Part shown: positions 11,307 through 29,316 of the stretch, piece by piece
Numbering within the stretch: position 1 is the stretch's first letter
Layout of the letters: every line of letters starts with the position of its first letter
NCBI GenBank assembly: GCA_965240325.2
Contig: OZ251224.1
Span: 2,108,001-2,172,000, forward strand
DNA: 64,000 nucleotides
Direction: 5' to 3'
From: Rebecca billardiae RCC1528
Lineage: Eukaryota; Protista; Haptophyta
Notes under the pieces: model-generated
What the model saw: the letters and a program-made list of their open reading frames with translations, nothing else
The model's database searches: none
Told to the model about the DNA's origin: nothing
Made by a program: the position numbers and the translations under genes

Positions 11307-12453
11307 ATGACGACGGCGTGGACGCCGTCCCCGTCTGGCAACGCGGCGCACTACGTCAAGTCGGAGATCCACAACGTGCTGACGGTGATGCGACTCTCCG
11401 ATCCGCACCGCGCGCGCGAGAGCGAGCTGTACGCGGACTTCCGCTCGCTGCTCGACCTGCTGCACAGCGAGACGGCGACCATCGACGCGCACGCCATCGT
11501 CAGCCCGTTCCTCGCGCTCGTCGTGACGTCGGGTGTGGAGGAGGTGGCCGACGTCGCGCTGTCGTCCGTGCACAAGTTCCTGCTGTACGGCCTCATCTCC
11601 AGCTCGTCCATCAACGCGCGCGAGGCGGTCAACGACATCGCGAGCACGCTCACGCGCCTCGACCACGTCGGCTGGGGCGCGTCCGAGCTGGCGACGATGC
11701 GAGTGATCGAGACGCTACTCGCGACGCTGCGCTCGCCCGCGGGGCACCTGCTCACGAACCGCTCGGTGTGGGACGTCTGGTGCTCGGTGCACCAGATCAG
11801 CATGCCGACGCGCGGCCACTCGGCGCTGCTCCGGCGCACGGCCGAGTCGATGCTGGTCGTCATCGCGCTGTCTGTCTTCTCGCGGCTGCCGCACATCGTC
11901 GACACGGCGTGGGAGCGGTGGGAGCCGGACGACGGGACGTTCACGCGGCCCGAGGTGCTCGCGAGCGCGCTCTCGCCGCTGCCCGAGGTGCGCGGGTCCA
12001 TCCCGTCGCCGCCGCCGCCGCCGTCGCCCAGCTCACCGCAGCCGGGCGCCGCGGACGCCGACGCGCGCGCGCCAGCCATCGCGGACGAGGTGCACGGCAT
12101 CGCGTGCATGCACTGGCTGCTGGGCGCGCTGGCGCAGCTGATCGACCCGTCGCACCCCGACGCCTCGCAGCGCGCGCTCCAGCTCGGCCTGCGCCTGATC
12201 AACACGGCGCTCGAGGCGGGCGGTGCCGCCTTCTCCTCGGCGCCGCCGCTGGTCGCGGTTCTGCAGGACTCGATCTGCAAGTACCTGCTGCACACGGCGC
12301 ACACGGCGGACGCGCTGGTGCTCTCGCTCGCGCTGCGCGCGGTGTTCAACCTGTTCTGCACCGTGCGCGAGCACCTCAAGGTGCAGCTCGAGGTCTTCTT
12401 CACCTCGATGCACCTGCGGCTCGCGTCGCATCGCGCGGTGAGCGGGCAGGCGA

Positions 12454-12488
<35 letters not shown>

Positions 12489-15400
12489 GGTGGCGGCGGG
12501 CGCGCGGGCGCGCACGGCGAGGCGCGCGGGCTGCAGTCGCCGGCGCCCGGCGCGCTGGCGCTCTCCGCCTCGCCGCCCGCCCTCGCCGTCGACACGCCGC
12601 CCCGCTCCCTCGCGCCGTCCGGCACAGTCGAGCAGCAGACGCTCACGCTCGAGTCACTCGTCGAGTTCTGCCGAGAGCCCGCGCTGCTCGTCGACCTGTA
12701 CGTGAACTACGACTGCGACGTGGGGTGCTCGAACCTGTACGAGAACCTGTGCAAGCTGCTCGCGCGCTCGGCCATCCCGCCGCGCGGCGCGAGCTCCGCG
12801 CGCGGCCGCGGCGGCGCGGCGGCGGACGTGGCGCACTCGCTGCAGCCACTCTGCTTTGAGGGCGTGCTTGCGATGCTCGAGAGTTTGCACCGGTTGTGCG
12901 CGGCCGTGGCGCTCGGCGGCGTGCGCGCGGCGGGCGGGGAGAGCGAGGAGGGCGCGGAGGACTCGGCGCCGCCCACGCCGACGCAGCAGCTCTCGGCCTC
13001 CTCCGAGCCGCGCGCCGAGCCGTGGAGCGACGCCGCGCAGCTCGTCGTCGACATCGGCCCGCTCAGCTCGCTCGGCGGCGGCGGCGGCGGCGGCTCGGCC
13101 GCGGCCGGCGGGCGCGCGTCGCCCGGCTTCCCGCCGCTCGAGCCGTCGCAGTCGTCGCCCGAGCTGCGGCACGCGGGCGGCGGGCTCGGCGGTGGGCTGT
13201 CGCAGCGCTCGCCCACCCTCGCGCTCTCGCGCCGCCGCCCGTCCCTCGGGCCGGCGCGGCTGAGCGCCGCGGCGCTCCGCGAGCGCAAGCGCTTCAAGCA
13301 GCGGCTGTCTACGGCCGCGCGCCACTTCAACTCCGCGCCGAAGAAGGCGGCGCCGTACCTCGTCGAGCTGGGGCTGCTGACGCGCGAGGGCTGCGCGGAG
13401 GAGATGGCCTCCTTCCTGCACGCCACGCCCGCCCTCGACCGCACCGCCGTCGGCGACTTCCTCTCGGACCCGTCGGAGGCGTGCGCGGCCGTGCTGCGTG
13501 CGTATGTGCGCACGCTCGACTTCCGAGCGCTGCGGATTGACTCCGCGCTGCGCAAGTTCCTCGGGCTGTTCCAGCTGCCGGGCGAGGCGCAGAAGATCGA
13601 GCGCGTGCTCGAGGCGTTCGCGCGGCGGTACTACGAGCACTCCCCCGGCCCGCTCGCCTCCTCCGACGTCGCGTTCGTGCTGGCGTACTCGGTCATCATG
13701 CTCAACACTGACCTGCACAACTCGGCGGTGCGGCACAAGATGACTAAGGAGGGGTTCCTCCGGAACAACCGCGGGATCAACGGCGGGCGCGACCTGCCCG
13801 AGGAGTACCTGCGCTCGCTGTACGACGCGATCGCGGCGGACGAGATCCAGCTCACCCCCGCCGCGCGCGCCGGCGAGGCGCGCGTCTCCGCGTGGGGCTC
13901 GATCGCTTCCGACGCGGACGGGCGCGGCGGCGGCGCGACGGCCGGCGGCGCCTCTCACACGCGCGACATGTTTATGCTCGTGTGGGACGAGTCGATGGGC
14001 GCGCTGCTCGCGCGGCTGGAGACGGCGGCCGACGCGCCGGCCGTCGCGCAGGTGGTGCGCGGCTGCGCCCACTTCGCCTCCGTCTGCGCGCACCACGAGC
14101 TGCCCGACGTCTTCAACAAGCTGTACGTCGCGTTGTGCGCGCACACGCTGCGAGCGCTGCATGGAACGCTCGGGCACGCGGACAGCGCGGACGCGGCGGC
14201 GCGCGCGCTGGCGGTGGACGCGCGGCTGCGCACGCTGCTCCGCGCGGTGTTCGAGATCGCGCGCGAGCTCGGCTCGCTCCTCCGCGAGGCCTGGCGCAAC
14301 GTCCTCGCCATCGTCCTCGCGCTGATGCACGCGTCGTTGCTGCCCGCCGCGGCGGTCGACCTCGAAGACTTCGCGGCCGCGGATGGGCGGCCGCTCGCGT
14401 CCATCGCCGCCGCGGGGCCGCTGACGCTGCCGCGGCTGCGCGGCACGAGGCCCGCGCCGATGGGCACGCCGCGCACGCGCCACGCGCCCGCGCGCTCCAC
14501 CGCCGCCTCCGACGATCGCTCGAGCGGCGTCGCCATCGTGCCACCCTCGCCCGCGCTCGGTGCCGGCTCGGCCGGCGGCGGCGCCGCCGGCGGCGCGGCC
14601 GGCGGCGGGCTGTGGGCGCTGCTCTTCAGCGCGGTGGACGACGGCGGCGGCGGCGGGGGAGACGCAGGGAGCGTGCTCGAGGGCACGCCCACGCAGGCCT
14701 CGCGCCGCCCCTCGCGCACCGCAGGCGGCAGCGGCAGCGGCAGCGGCGGAGGCGCCAACCCCCAAGGGCCGCCCGCAACCGACGCTGACGCCGCGGCGCG
14801 CGCCATCGATTTGCTCGGCATCGACGAGCTGATCGCGGACTCGCGCTTCCTCTTGGCCGACTCGCTCTCGCACCTGGTGAACGCGCTGGTGCTCGAGGCG
14901 AGCGCGCCGCAGCCCGCGCTCCCCGCCTCGGCCGCGGCGCTCGGCCGCCCAGCCGGCGGCGCCGGCCCCTGGGCCGACTCTCGGCTGCTGTCGGCCATTT
15001 TCTGCATTGAGCAATTAACGAACGTGGCGCTGTTTAATCACGCGCGCATCCAGCTGCTCTGGCCGCACCTGCGCGCGCACCTCGACGGGCTGCTCGCGCC
15101 GCACGCGATGCGCACCGCGCCCGCGCGCGCGCCAGGCGGCGGCGCCGCCGCCACGCCGCCGCCCGACCGGCCGCCGCCGCCCGCGCAGCCGCCGGGCGCG
15201 CTGACGGACGCGCGGGCGGCCGCCGACGCTGCCGCTGCTGCCGCCGCGCCGACGCCGCCCGAGGCGGCGGGGGCTGCGGGCGCGACGCCGGGGTCCGCGC
15301 CCGCCCAGCCGGCGGGGCGCGCGCCGCTGCCCAACGCGCCGACGGCGGCGGCGCAGCAGCAGGACCCGCCTCCGGCCGCGCGCGCGCCCGGCGCGCCGCT

Positions 15401-16697
15401 CCGCCCACCAGCGCGGCCGCAGCCGCCTCAGCTGATCGAGCGCGGCGCGGTGTGCACGCTGCGCCTGTGCATTCGGCTGCTGCACGAGGACAGCCTGCGG
15501 CCGCAGCTGCTCGAGCTGCTGGGCTCGCTGCTGCTGCTCCCGCCGCAGCTCTTCGCCGCGCTCTCCGAGCGGATCGCGACGGGGCTCCTTCTCATGCTCC
15601 GCACCAATGCGCCGCACATGGCCGGCGCAGACGGCTCGCGCGCGGCCGGCGCGGCCGGCTGGGCAACCGTGTGTGCGCTGCTGCAGCAGCTGCTCGTCCG
15701 GCCGAGCGCGGCGCACGCCGCCGTGCCGGGCGCGGGGGCGGAGGGCGTGCCCGCGGGCGCCGCCGCCGGCCCGCCGCCCGCGCGCGCCTCGGGCTCCGAC
15801 ACCCCGGCGAGCGAGCTCGCCTTTGAGGCCCTCACCTTCCTGGCAGCGGACTCGGCCGGCGCGCACGTGGTCGTGGCCAACGTGGCGGCGCTGAGCGGTC
15901 TGCTGCTCGGCTGCGCGCGCGACGGGCCGGCGGCGCGCGCGCTGCTCGCGGTGCGGCAGCTCGCGGCGCTGCAGCTGCGCGCGTACGCGCTCCGCCCCGC
16001 GCGCACGCCGTGCGCGCGCGGCGCCCACGGCGCCCCGGCCGCCGCGCCCGGCGGCGCCGACGCCGAGGCGGCAGCGGAGGCAGCCGCCAGCTGGGCTGTC
16101 GTGTGGGCGTGCCCGATGCAGGCGCTCGCCAACCTGCTGCGCTCGGCGCCCGCGGCGAACGTGGAGGTGGCGGTGCTGGCGGAGCTGCACGAGCTGGTCG
16201 TCGCGCCGGACATGGCCGCGCTCGACGGCGCCGAGCTCCTCTCCGCCCTGGAGTCCATCCTGCTCCCGCTCTTTGAGGAGCAGCTGGGCGCGCTGCGCGC
16301 CGCGCCGCCCGCCGGCTCGGCGGCGCGCGTCGAGCGCTCGGTGCGGCTGTGCGCGCTCGTCTCTCGCGCGCTGCTGCACCACCTGCCCGCGCTCGTGCTG
16401 CACGCCGAGTTCCCGCGGCTGCTGCTCCGGCTCGTCGGCACGATGACCGGCGCGCTCTCGTGGTCCGAGGCCGAGCCGCAGCTGCTGCCGCTGCACGAGA
16501 CGCTCGGGCAGAGCCTCAAGAACATGCTCCTCATCCTCACGACCGACAGCGCGATGACCGAGAGCGTGCGCTCGGCGTCCGGGCAGGACGTGCGCGCGCT
16601 GCTGCTCACGGTGCTGGACTCGTTCGCGCCCAGCCTGCGCGACGCCCTGCAGCTCAGCGCGACGCCCCCGCCGACGGCAGGCGGCGACGCCTCGTGA
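11307..16697 (+). CDS. Large Sec7-domain ARF guanine-nucleotide exchange factor (GBF1/GNOM-like)
   Basis: HUS box YVNYDCD. Sec7 motifs FQLPGEAQKIERVLEAFA and LAYSVIMLNTDLHN. N-terminal DCB-like region and C-terminal SLKNMLLIL. Single uninterrupted ORF. Confidence 0.95.
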
Positions 16698-18127
16698 TGA
16701 TGCGGCTAGTAGGCTGTACTGTATACTATCATCATTCACATCGTCATCGTACAGCCCAGGATCATGCCGCGATGCAGAGGGCCCCGCACAGGCCTGCGCA
16801 GCCGGGTCAGAGTCTGATGCGGTCGTGCCGAGCATCGGAACTCCGGCGGCGACGGCCGACGCAGAGCCAGAGCCCAGAGACGCTCGTCATCATCACTCAT
16901 CAGTCTGAGAGTACTGTACGGTCTGAGGCCCACTCTGATGACCAGTCTTACTACCGGTCTACCGCGTACAGTAGTCGTCATCATCATCTATCTAGATGAG
17001 TAGATCGAGAGATCTCGAGAGAGATAACTGATGAGAGAGAGAGATCGCGAGCAGTAGTATAGTCGTAGTATATCTAGAGAGACAGAGAGAGAGCTAGAGA
17101 TCGAGTAGTAGACAGACTAGTCACTGCTCACTCATGCACTCTCTACTATATATATATATACTAGATAGAGCCATCTCGCCAGTAGCCGAGTAGCGTAACG
17201 GAGACGTGAGAGAGCTATATAGCAGAGAGAGAGACGACGCAGATACGGTCTGTCTCAGCAGTAGATCTTAGCTATAGTCGTGACTGACTCACTACTCAGG
17301 CACCTGCCAGCCGAGTAGCCACGTCGTCGCCGGGTACGGTGACTTAGTTGGCTACCGATCGGTCCAACCTCGATGCTCCTCATCCTCACGACCGACAGCG
17401 CGATGACCGAGAGCGTGCGCTCGGCGTCCGGGCAGGACGTGCGCGCGCTGCTGCTCACGGTGCTGGACTCGTTCGCGCCCAGCCTGCGCGACGCCCTGCA
17501 GCTCAGCGCGACGCCCCCGCCGACGGCAGGCGGTGACGCCTCGTGATGATGCGGCTAGTAGGCTGTATGATACTAGCATCGTCATCGTACAGTGCCCAAG
17601 ATCATGCCGCGATGCAGAGGGCCCCGCACAGGCCTGCGCAGCCGGGTCAGAGTCTGATGCGGTCGTGCCGAGCATATGACTCCGGCGGCGACGCAGAGCC
17701 AGAGCCCAGAGACGCTCGTCATCATCACTCATCAGTCTGAGAGCTAGTACTGTACGGTCTGAGGCCCACTCTGATGACCAGTCTTACTACCGCGTACAGT
17801 TTACTATGATTTAACGTGCACACTTGGTTAAGGCGTGATTAACGCCATCCAACACTGCACAAAGACACCGCCACAAAACAGACCGGCGCAGGCAGGTGAG
17901 GGGCGCGTTGCCGCACCTCATCGAGGCGGCCATTGCAGCAAGCGGCCGCCCCGCGCACAGTCGTCATCAATCATCATCATTTATCTAGATCGATGAGTAG
18001 ATCGAGAGATCTCGCGAGAGATAACTGAGATAGAGAGATCGCGAGCAGTAGTATAGTCGTAGTATATCTAGAGAGACTGAGAGAGAGCTAGAGATCGAGT
18101 AGACAGACTAGTCACTCACTCACTCTC

Positions 18128-22905
<4,778 letters not shown>

Positions 22906-22960
<55 letters not shown>
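22906..22960. repeat. (AT)n microsatellite
   Basis: Directly visible. Confidence 0.98.
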
Positions 22961-22961
<1 letters not shown>

Positions 22962-24061
22962 TAGATAGAGCCATCTCGCCAGTAGTACTCGGGCAGTAGC
23001 CGAGTAGCGTAACGGAGACGTGAGAGAGCTATATATAGCAGAGAGAGAGACGACGCAGATACGGTCTGTCTCAGCAAGTAGATCTTAGCTATAGTCGTGA
23101 CTGACTCACTACTCAGGCACCTGCCAGCCGAGTAGTCACGTCGTCGCCGGGTACGGTGACTTAGTTGGCTACCGATCGGTCCAACCTCGATGCTCCTCAT
23201 CCTCACGACCGACAGCGCGATGACCGAGAGCGTGCGCTCGGCGTCCGGGCAGGACGTGCGCGCGCTGCTGCTCACGGTGCTGGACTCGTTCGCGCCCAGC
23301 CTGCGCGACGCCCTGCAGCTCAGCGCGACGCCCTGCAGCTCAGCGCGACGCCCCCGCCGACGGCAGGCGGCGACGCCTCGTGATGATGCGGCTAGTAGGC
23401 TTTATATTACTATCGTCGTCATCGTACAGTATCCAGGATCATGCCTCGATGCAGAGGGCCCCGCACAGGCCTGCGCAGCCGGGTCAGGGTCTGATGCAGT
23501 CGTGCCGAGCATATGACTCCGGCGGCGACGCAGAGCCAGAGCCCAGAGACGCTCGTCATCACTCATCAGTCTGAGTACTGTACGGTCTGAGGCCCACTCT
23601 GATGACCAGTCTTACTACCGCGTACAGTAGTCGTCATCTATCTAGATGAGTAGAGAGATCTCGAGAGAGATAACTGAGATAGAGAGATCGCGAGCAGTAG
23701 TATAGTCGTATATCTAGAGAGACTGAGAGAGAGCTAGAGATCGAGTAGACAGACTAGTCACTCACTCACTCGTCTCTACTATATATATACTAGATAGAGC
23801 CATCTCGCCAGTAGGCAGTACTGTAGCGTAACGGAGACTCGTGCAAGAGAGCTCAGTGACAGTATAGCAGAGAGAGAGCCACTCGACGCAGATACGGTCT
23901 GTCTCAGCAGTATAGATCTTAGCTATAGTCGTGACTGACTCACTACTCTCAGGCACCTGCCAGCCGAGTAGTCACGTCGTGGTCGTCGCCGGGTACGGTG
24001 ACTTAGTTGGCTACCGATCGGTCCAACCTCGATCGAGTAGTGGCGTGCAGTGCGTGCACTA

Positions 24062-25171
24062 TCAGCATGTCAGCACGCGTGCAGTGCCTGCCACCTGGCT
24101 CGGTGAAAGAATGCTGTGTGGCAGGCTCTCGAGAACGAAGGCCAATAAAGCGCTGTACGCGCGCTCAAAGTGACCGTGCGCAACAGCGCGCACATCTGGG
24201 CTCACGTCAGTGCACCATGACTGCATCCAGGGGTGCCGGGTCCCGTGCTTCATGCTTGGCCGAATTCCAACGGGCAGGTGTGGCTGCTCTGCTAGGGAGC
24301 GCACATCCTTGAGGCCGAGCCACCTCGTCAGCCTCAGCCATGTGCCAACCCGGTCGTGCTCACTGGCCTCGAGACTGACCACGATCATGCGCAGGAACGC
24401 CTCCTGTAGTGGCCCCACATGCGCGCCTAGCATCAAATGCCCCAGTTCACTCAGTTGGCGCGGCAGCATCTCGTAGTTCTTTCTGTGCACCCAGCCCCAC
24501 TTGCAGCCAAGCACAATGTCTGCGAGGGAGGGTGGCATTGAAGGTGTATGATTGGCTGGGCAGGCAGTCAGTGTCTGAAACGCCACACCCAGGGCTCGGT
24601 GGTTTCCGTCGGAAATCCTGAGCACGTGGTTGCGGGCCGACACCATCCATGCAATCGGCTCGCGTATGCACACGATGGCGCGGATGGAGGGGATCTGCGC
24701 GATGCTGCCAGCTGGCCGAGCAAAGAATAGAAGCATCGGGTCGCCGACCACCACGCGCCTCGTTGTTCCGTTGCCAGGGCCCCTGGCTGTTGCGCACATG
24801 CGGCGCACAAAGTCGACCGGGGGGCTGCGTTGCTCCAATGGTGCTCCATCCGCCTCTTCGAGGCAGGCGGAGTGCTCGCCAAGCGCCGTGCTCGGGCATG
24901 CAAGCTCTGGGTGCATTGCCAAGAGATTGCGAAGGTATGTGGTGCCACACTTGGGCGTCCCAACGATAGCTACGTCGATCCGCACCTCGCGCCATTCCGT
25001 CTTGTTCGTTGCTGAGATGCTCGTGCTGCAGCCGCCGGTATGAGATTTGACTGCTGCAGCAGAGGCAAGTGAGGGTGCATGGACGACTATGAGCACGATG
25101 CTGGCGAGGCCAACCGCCGTCGAATCGAGGCAGCGCTGTGCGCGACTCCGCGTTTCTGCTGCCGTATCCAT
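24062..25171 (-). CDS. Sulfotransferase (membrane-anchored/secretory type)
   Basis: N-terminal hydrophobic segment, 5'-PSB loop IVGTPKCGTTYLRNLLAMHPEL and 3'-PB motif VCIREPIAWMVS. Intronless. Confidence 0.85.
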   Translation of the reverse strand: MDTAAETRSRAQRCLDSTAVGLASIVLIVVHAPSLASAAAVKSHTGGCSTSISATNKTEWREVRIDVAIVGTPKCGTTYLRNLLAMHPELACPSTALGEHSACLEEADGAPLEQRSPPVDFVRRMCATARGPGNGTTRRVVVGDPMLLFFARPAGSIAQIPSIRAIVCIREPIAWMVSARNHVLRISDGNHRALGVAFQTLTACPANHTPSMPPSLADIVLGCKWGWVHRKNYEMLPRQLSELGHLMLGAHVGPLQEAFLRMIVVSLEASEHDRVGTWLRLTRWLGLKDVRSLAEQPHLPVGIRPSMKHGTRHPWMQSWCTDVSPDVRAVAHGHFERAYSALLAFVLESLPHSILSPSQVAGTARVLTC

Positions 25172-28137
25172 CGTGATCGTCCCGAGAACGACGGCCCTTG
25201 ACGCTCAACACACTTTTACCTGATGCTCTTGCGCCACGCTCCGGCGAAGAGAGACCTGGAAACTGGTTTGAACCCATGACCTCTCAGGCGCAAGATGAGC
25301 ACGCCAGTACAGTTTACTCAGAATAATTATTAAGAGACGCACACAGCTCAGGCAGGCGAGTACTCCCACGCACCTCTACCGTATTGGCAAATAGGACATT
25401 GTTCGTCGTACTTTCATTCAACCGTTCCGCCTAGGTCCGGAATATTAATGAGAGACGCACAGTCACGACAGTCGATCGGGCACTGCCGCCGACGAATAAC
25501 CAGGAGACCCGCGTCGTCCTACCTGTGTCGTTAAATCATAGAATGAGTAGACGAAATCATCAGCATCAGGTTACAGTTTACTATGTTTTAACGTGCACAC
25601 TTAAGTAATTAATGACTGCACCGTGTCCAGAGGGAGGGCTCGCGCCGAGAGTGCCTCCAAAGTGCCTCGCAGACGTGCGCGCGCACGGCTTATCTGCACG
25701 TGGGGCCACACAAGACCGGCTCCACTTCGCTCCAGGCGCAGCTGATCATGGGAGCAACGCCGGCGCACACGCGGCTCGTGGGCGAGGATGGGTTTGTGAT
25801 CCCTCGGCCCTTGATGGACCACTACTAGCGGAAGGGGCTTACACAACACTTACACAAGTGGTACAGTAAAGATGTTGTAAGCCCCTTGCTTGGGCTCTGG
25901 CTGGTACTCTCCGCCATCGCACTCGCTTCACGCGAGTGCGGGCTGTGCCCGCCGAGGTACGATGGCGGCGCAAGCATCCCGCCACCGCGCGCGGCCCGCG
26001 CGCGGGGCGCTCGTGCGGCGGCGACGGCCGCCGTGCGTGGAGGAAGACGCGGCGGTGGGGCGGCGATCGAGGCGACACGCTATGCAGCGCGTGTTCGAAG
26101 CGTTCGTGAGCGTGCGCACCAGCCTGACTAAACAGGGCAGCTCGCAGGACTCATAGGCCGCGCTGCACAACTCTGGGCGGCGCGGCGGCGCGGCGATGCA
26201 GCGCACGCGGATCGCCCGCTGCCACAGCGGCCGCGCGCGGGGGCGTCGGTGCTGCGGCGAAGGCCGAGGATGTCGAGGAAGAGGTGGTGATGGGAGGGAA
26301 GAGGTGGCGGTGGGGCGACGATCGAGGGGTGACGCGCGACGCAGCGCGGGAGCGCGGGTTCCAAGCGTCCGCGAGCGTGCGCGCCAGCCTGACCACCCCT
26401 GACCCCGGGTAATCCCAGGACTCACAACCCTGGGCGGCGCGGCTGCGGTGGTGGCGGGAGGCCTGTCGGCTACTCCCGAGGGACTGGTTGCACCCAGCTT
26501 TGGGGACTTGTCCGACTCATGTGACGGCAGACACTCAGACGGTAGAATGGTTGAGGTCACTCTCCATGAGGACGAGAGCGCTTGAGCGCATGCTCGGCGC
26601 CTCGGCCACTGGCACTGCTTTGACATCCTGAAATCTCGACCGGGGTGGCTCCAGGCTGAGTCATCCCGTAGTGTGCGAGCATGCGGGGCAGGCGCACGGG
26701 TCGTTGATTGTGGGCCACTGATTGGCACCTGGTCATGAGCAGCGGAGCAACAGAGCGTCAGAGCCACAGAGGCCAGCACATGTCCAGCTAGGGCTACCCG
26801 ACCGAATCCGCGAGCACGCCGCCGTGTGCCGTGCGCCGTCCAAGGTCGACAATGGCAAGGCCCCGGCGGACGGTGCTCGCGGGTCGTGCGCGCCGCTGAC
26901 GGACACGCAAGTGCGCAACCATCCGCGCCTGTCATGTGCACGCGCAATGATGTCAAGGTGCCGAAGGCCGCGGAGCGCGCAAGTGCTCGTCGACGCGCGC
27001 ACGTTTCTCTGCAGAGGAGCAGTGCCTCAGGAACAGCTCAGCCGATGGTACGCCGCTGCCGTGGTGCTGCGCGTGACGCAACCCATGTGGTGTAGCATCA
27101 CCGTATGTAGCCAGCCTCGCGCGCTACCGAAGCCGACTTTGATATGCTGGTTACTAAGACTGGGGAAGTCGGCGGCAAGCCCGCCGGAGCGGCCGTCGGT
27201 GCTCCCGCTGAGGACGCATGCGCTCGTGCGCTGCGCGCGAGGTGGCGTTCGTCGTACAGCGAGGTGAACTGCGTACGCGTCGTCGGGCTCGTGCCCCCGG
27301 CGCGCGTGTAGCTCTTCATAGCGCCCAGCCCGGCGAGAAGCGCGGTGGACGGCGCGGAGGTGTCGCTCCGGCGCTCCACTGTCCGCACGAGCGGACGCAG
27401 CAGTCCCTGGAGCGCGTGGGCGAGCGCGTGCGCGTTGAGGTGGTCGAGGCGAGCGTCGAGCGCGCGGCGGTGCAGGTGCAGCCGCTGAACAAGCAACTAC
27501 TCGCGGCGCACGCGGACGCGTGGCGCAAGGAGGAACCGCTCGAGCTGCTGAAGGGCACGCTGAGCGCGCTCAAGGCTGAGCTCGAGCGCAAGTTGCAGCT
27601 GAGCGCAGGCGTGCGCGTGCAGACGCGCGTGCGGGGGCATGCTGCGCAGACGCAGCGCTGCAACCAACATAGAGACTGCCTGGAACTGACCTCCATCACG
27701 CACTCTTGCGCGCGCCCTTCAACGCATCGACAAGGACCTTGGCCACGGGTCTGACGGAGCACTCTCGCACGGTGGCCTGCTCAACGCCGTGTATGCCAGC
27801 AGCGCGCTTCGCACGCTGGCCGTCAGCGGCGAGCACGGCGAGATCATCTGCCGAGTGCTTGAGGTGTCCCTGCTTGAACTGCTTTCCCTTCGCGAGCAGC
27901 ACGTACTTCACCGCGAGCACGGCACGCACGAGCCTCACCGACGAACTCGAAGTGCTTCCCGACGCCCGGCGCCACTGCCTCCGCCGGCCAGTGCACGACG
28001 GCGTCGAGCAAAGGGTGACAGCACAGGCCAGCGCGGTTCAGGACGTTTGCGACTGAGTTGAAGACCATCGGCGCATCGCTCCGCGCGTGGCGTGGTCGGT
28101 GGCCGTGCGCTGGCTCCGCCCTTTATTATTAAGCGAA

Positions 28138-29316
28138 ATGTGGCAGGCTGGTGCTCAAGGCTTTAAATCGGTGGCAATTAACAGGATGAAGCCCCCGGGA
28201 TCGCCCTCGTGGGACTCTGTGGGACGACCCCATGTGGCGTGCAGGTGTTGCCTGTTGCTGTGCATCGCAGTGGTCTCTGCTGAGGACCGCTGGGGCGAGA
28301 TCTTCGCGCCCACTGCCCCTCCCAAGTTGAGGGCCCTCGCGCCGTGGGTGGCGTACCCGCCGGTGGTGAAGTACACCAGCAGGCTGCTGCTCAAACACTC
28401 AGGCGCTCGATATGGCCGGTGGCATCTAACGGGCTCGCTGCCACCGATCATCGAGGACGTGATGGCGCGGCAGTTCTACGGCATGAGCCACGCTGATTTC
28501 ATCCGTCAGCAGCCACGTGTGCGCCCCATTCGGACGTTGTCCATTGGCTGCGGCAATGGCAGATTCGAGATTGATATTGTGATGAGAGGCCTGACCACAG
28601 TGATGCACGGAATCGACGCTAGTCCAGGCGCGATCGCTGCTGCCGCAGCTATGGCAAGACGTGACCTGCCAAAGGGCGTCGACGTCACCTTCTCTGTCGG
28701 CGACGCAAACACCTTGCACATCGATGTCGGCTCATTCGACTTCATCTTCTGCCACCACTCGCTGCACCACGTTGCACTGCTGGATAGGCTGTACGCGCAG
28801 GTGCACATTGGGCTGAAACCGGGGGGCTTGTTTGTCTTCGAGGATTTCGTGGGACCAAGTCGGTACCAGTGGACCCCGCGGCAGCTCGAGGTGCAGCAGC
28901 AGGTACTGCAGGCCCTCCCGCCAGGCCTTCGGCTGAACGGCCTGATGCCTGCAGGCTCCGAGAGACCTATGCATCGCATGCACTATCATACGGTGGCGGA
29001 CATGTTGGCTGCGGACCCGACGGAGGCTGTCAACTCCTCGCAGATCATCCCCGTGCTCAAAAAATGGTTCGGCAAGAAGCTGCCCATCCAAGAGAGCATA
29101 CCCCTAGGCGGCACGTTGCTTCATCCCATGCTCAATCTCATAGGGAGCACGTGGAACATGTCCAATCCGCTCCACTCCTCCCTCTTGAAGCTCCTGTGCG
29201 TGGTAGACGAGATGATGATATCGGAGATGCGCGGCGAGAGCGACTTCATGCTCGTCGTTGCGCGCAAGCCCAAAAACATGCTCGTCGCGCGCAATACTAC
29301 TGATCAGGGTTACTAG
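28138..29316 (+). CDS. Class I SAM-dependent methyltransferase
   Basis: Motif I LSIGCGNG, HGIDAS, FSVGDAN, FDFIFCHHSLHHV, LKPGGLFVFEDFVGP. Alternative start at 28186 precedes a hydrophobic stretch. Intronless. Confidence 0.88.
   Translation: MWQAGAQGFKSVAINRMKPPGSPSWDSVGRPHVACRCCLLLCIAVVSAEDRWGEIFAPTAPPKLRALAPWVAYPPVVKYTSRLLLKHSGARYGRWHLTGSLPPIIEDVMARQFYGMSHADFIRQQPRVRPIRTLSIGCGNGRFEIDIVMRGLTTVMHGIDASPGAIAAAAAMARRDLPKGVDVTFSVGDANTLHIDVGSFDFIFCHHSLHHVALLDRLYAQVHIGLKPGGLFVFEDFVGPSRYQWTPRQLEVQQQVLQALPPGLRLNGLMPAGSERPMHRMHYHTVADMLAADPTEAVNSSQIIPVLKKWFGKKLPIQESIPLGGTLLHPMLNLIGSTWNMSNPLHSSLLKLLCVVDEMMISEMRGESDFMLVVARKPKNMLVARNTTDQGY

Noticed and set aside
25960-28056. Possible gene or pseudogene (coding-like patches near 27380-27610 and 27790-28056)
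   Set aside because: I could not build a consistent spliced frame or recognise a domain.
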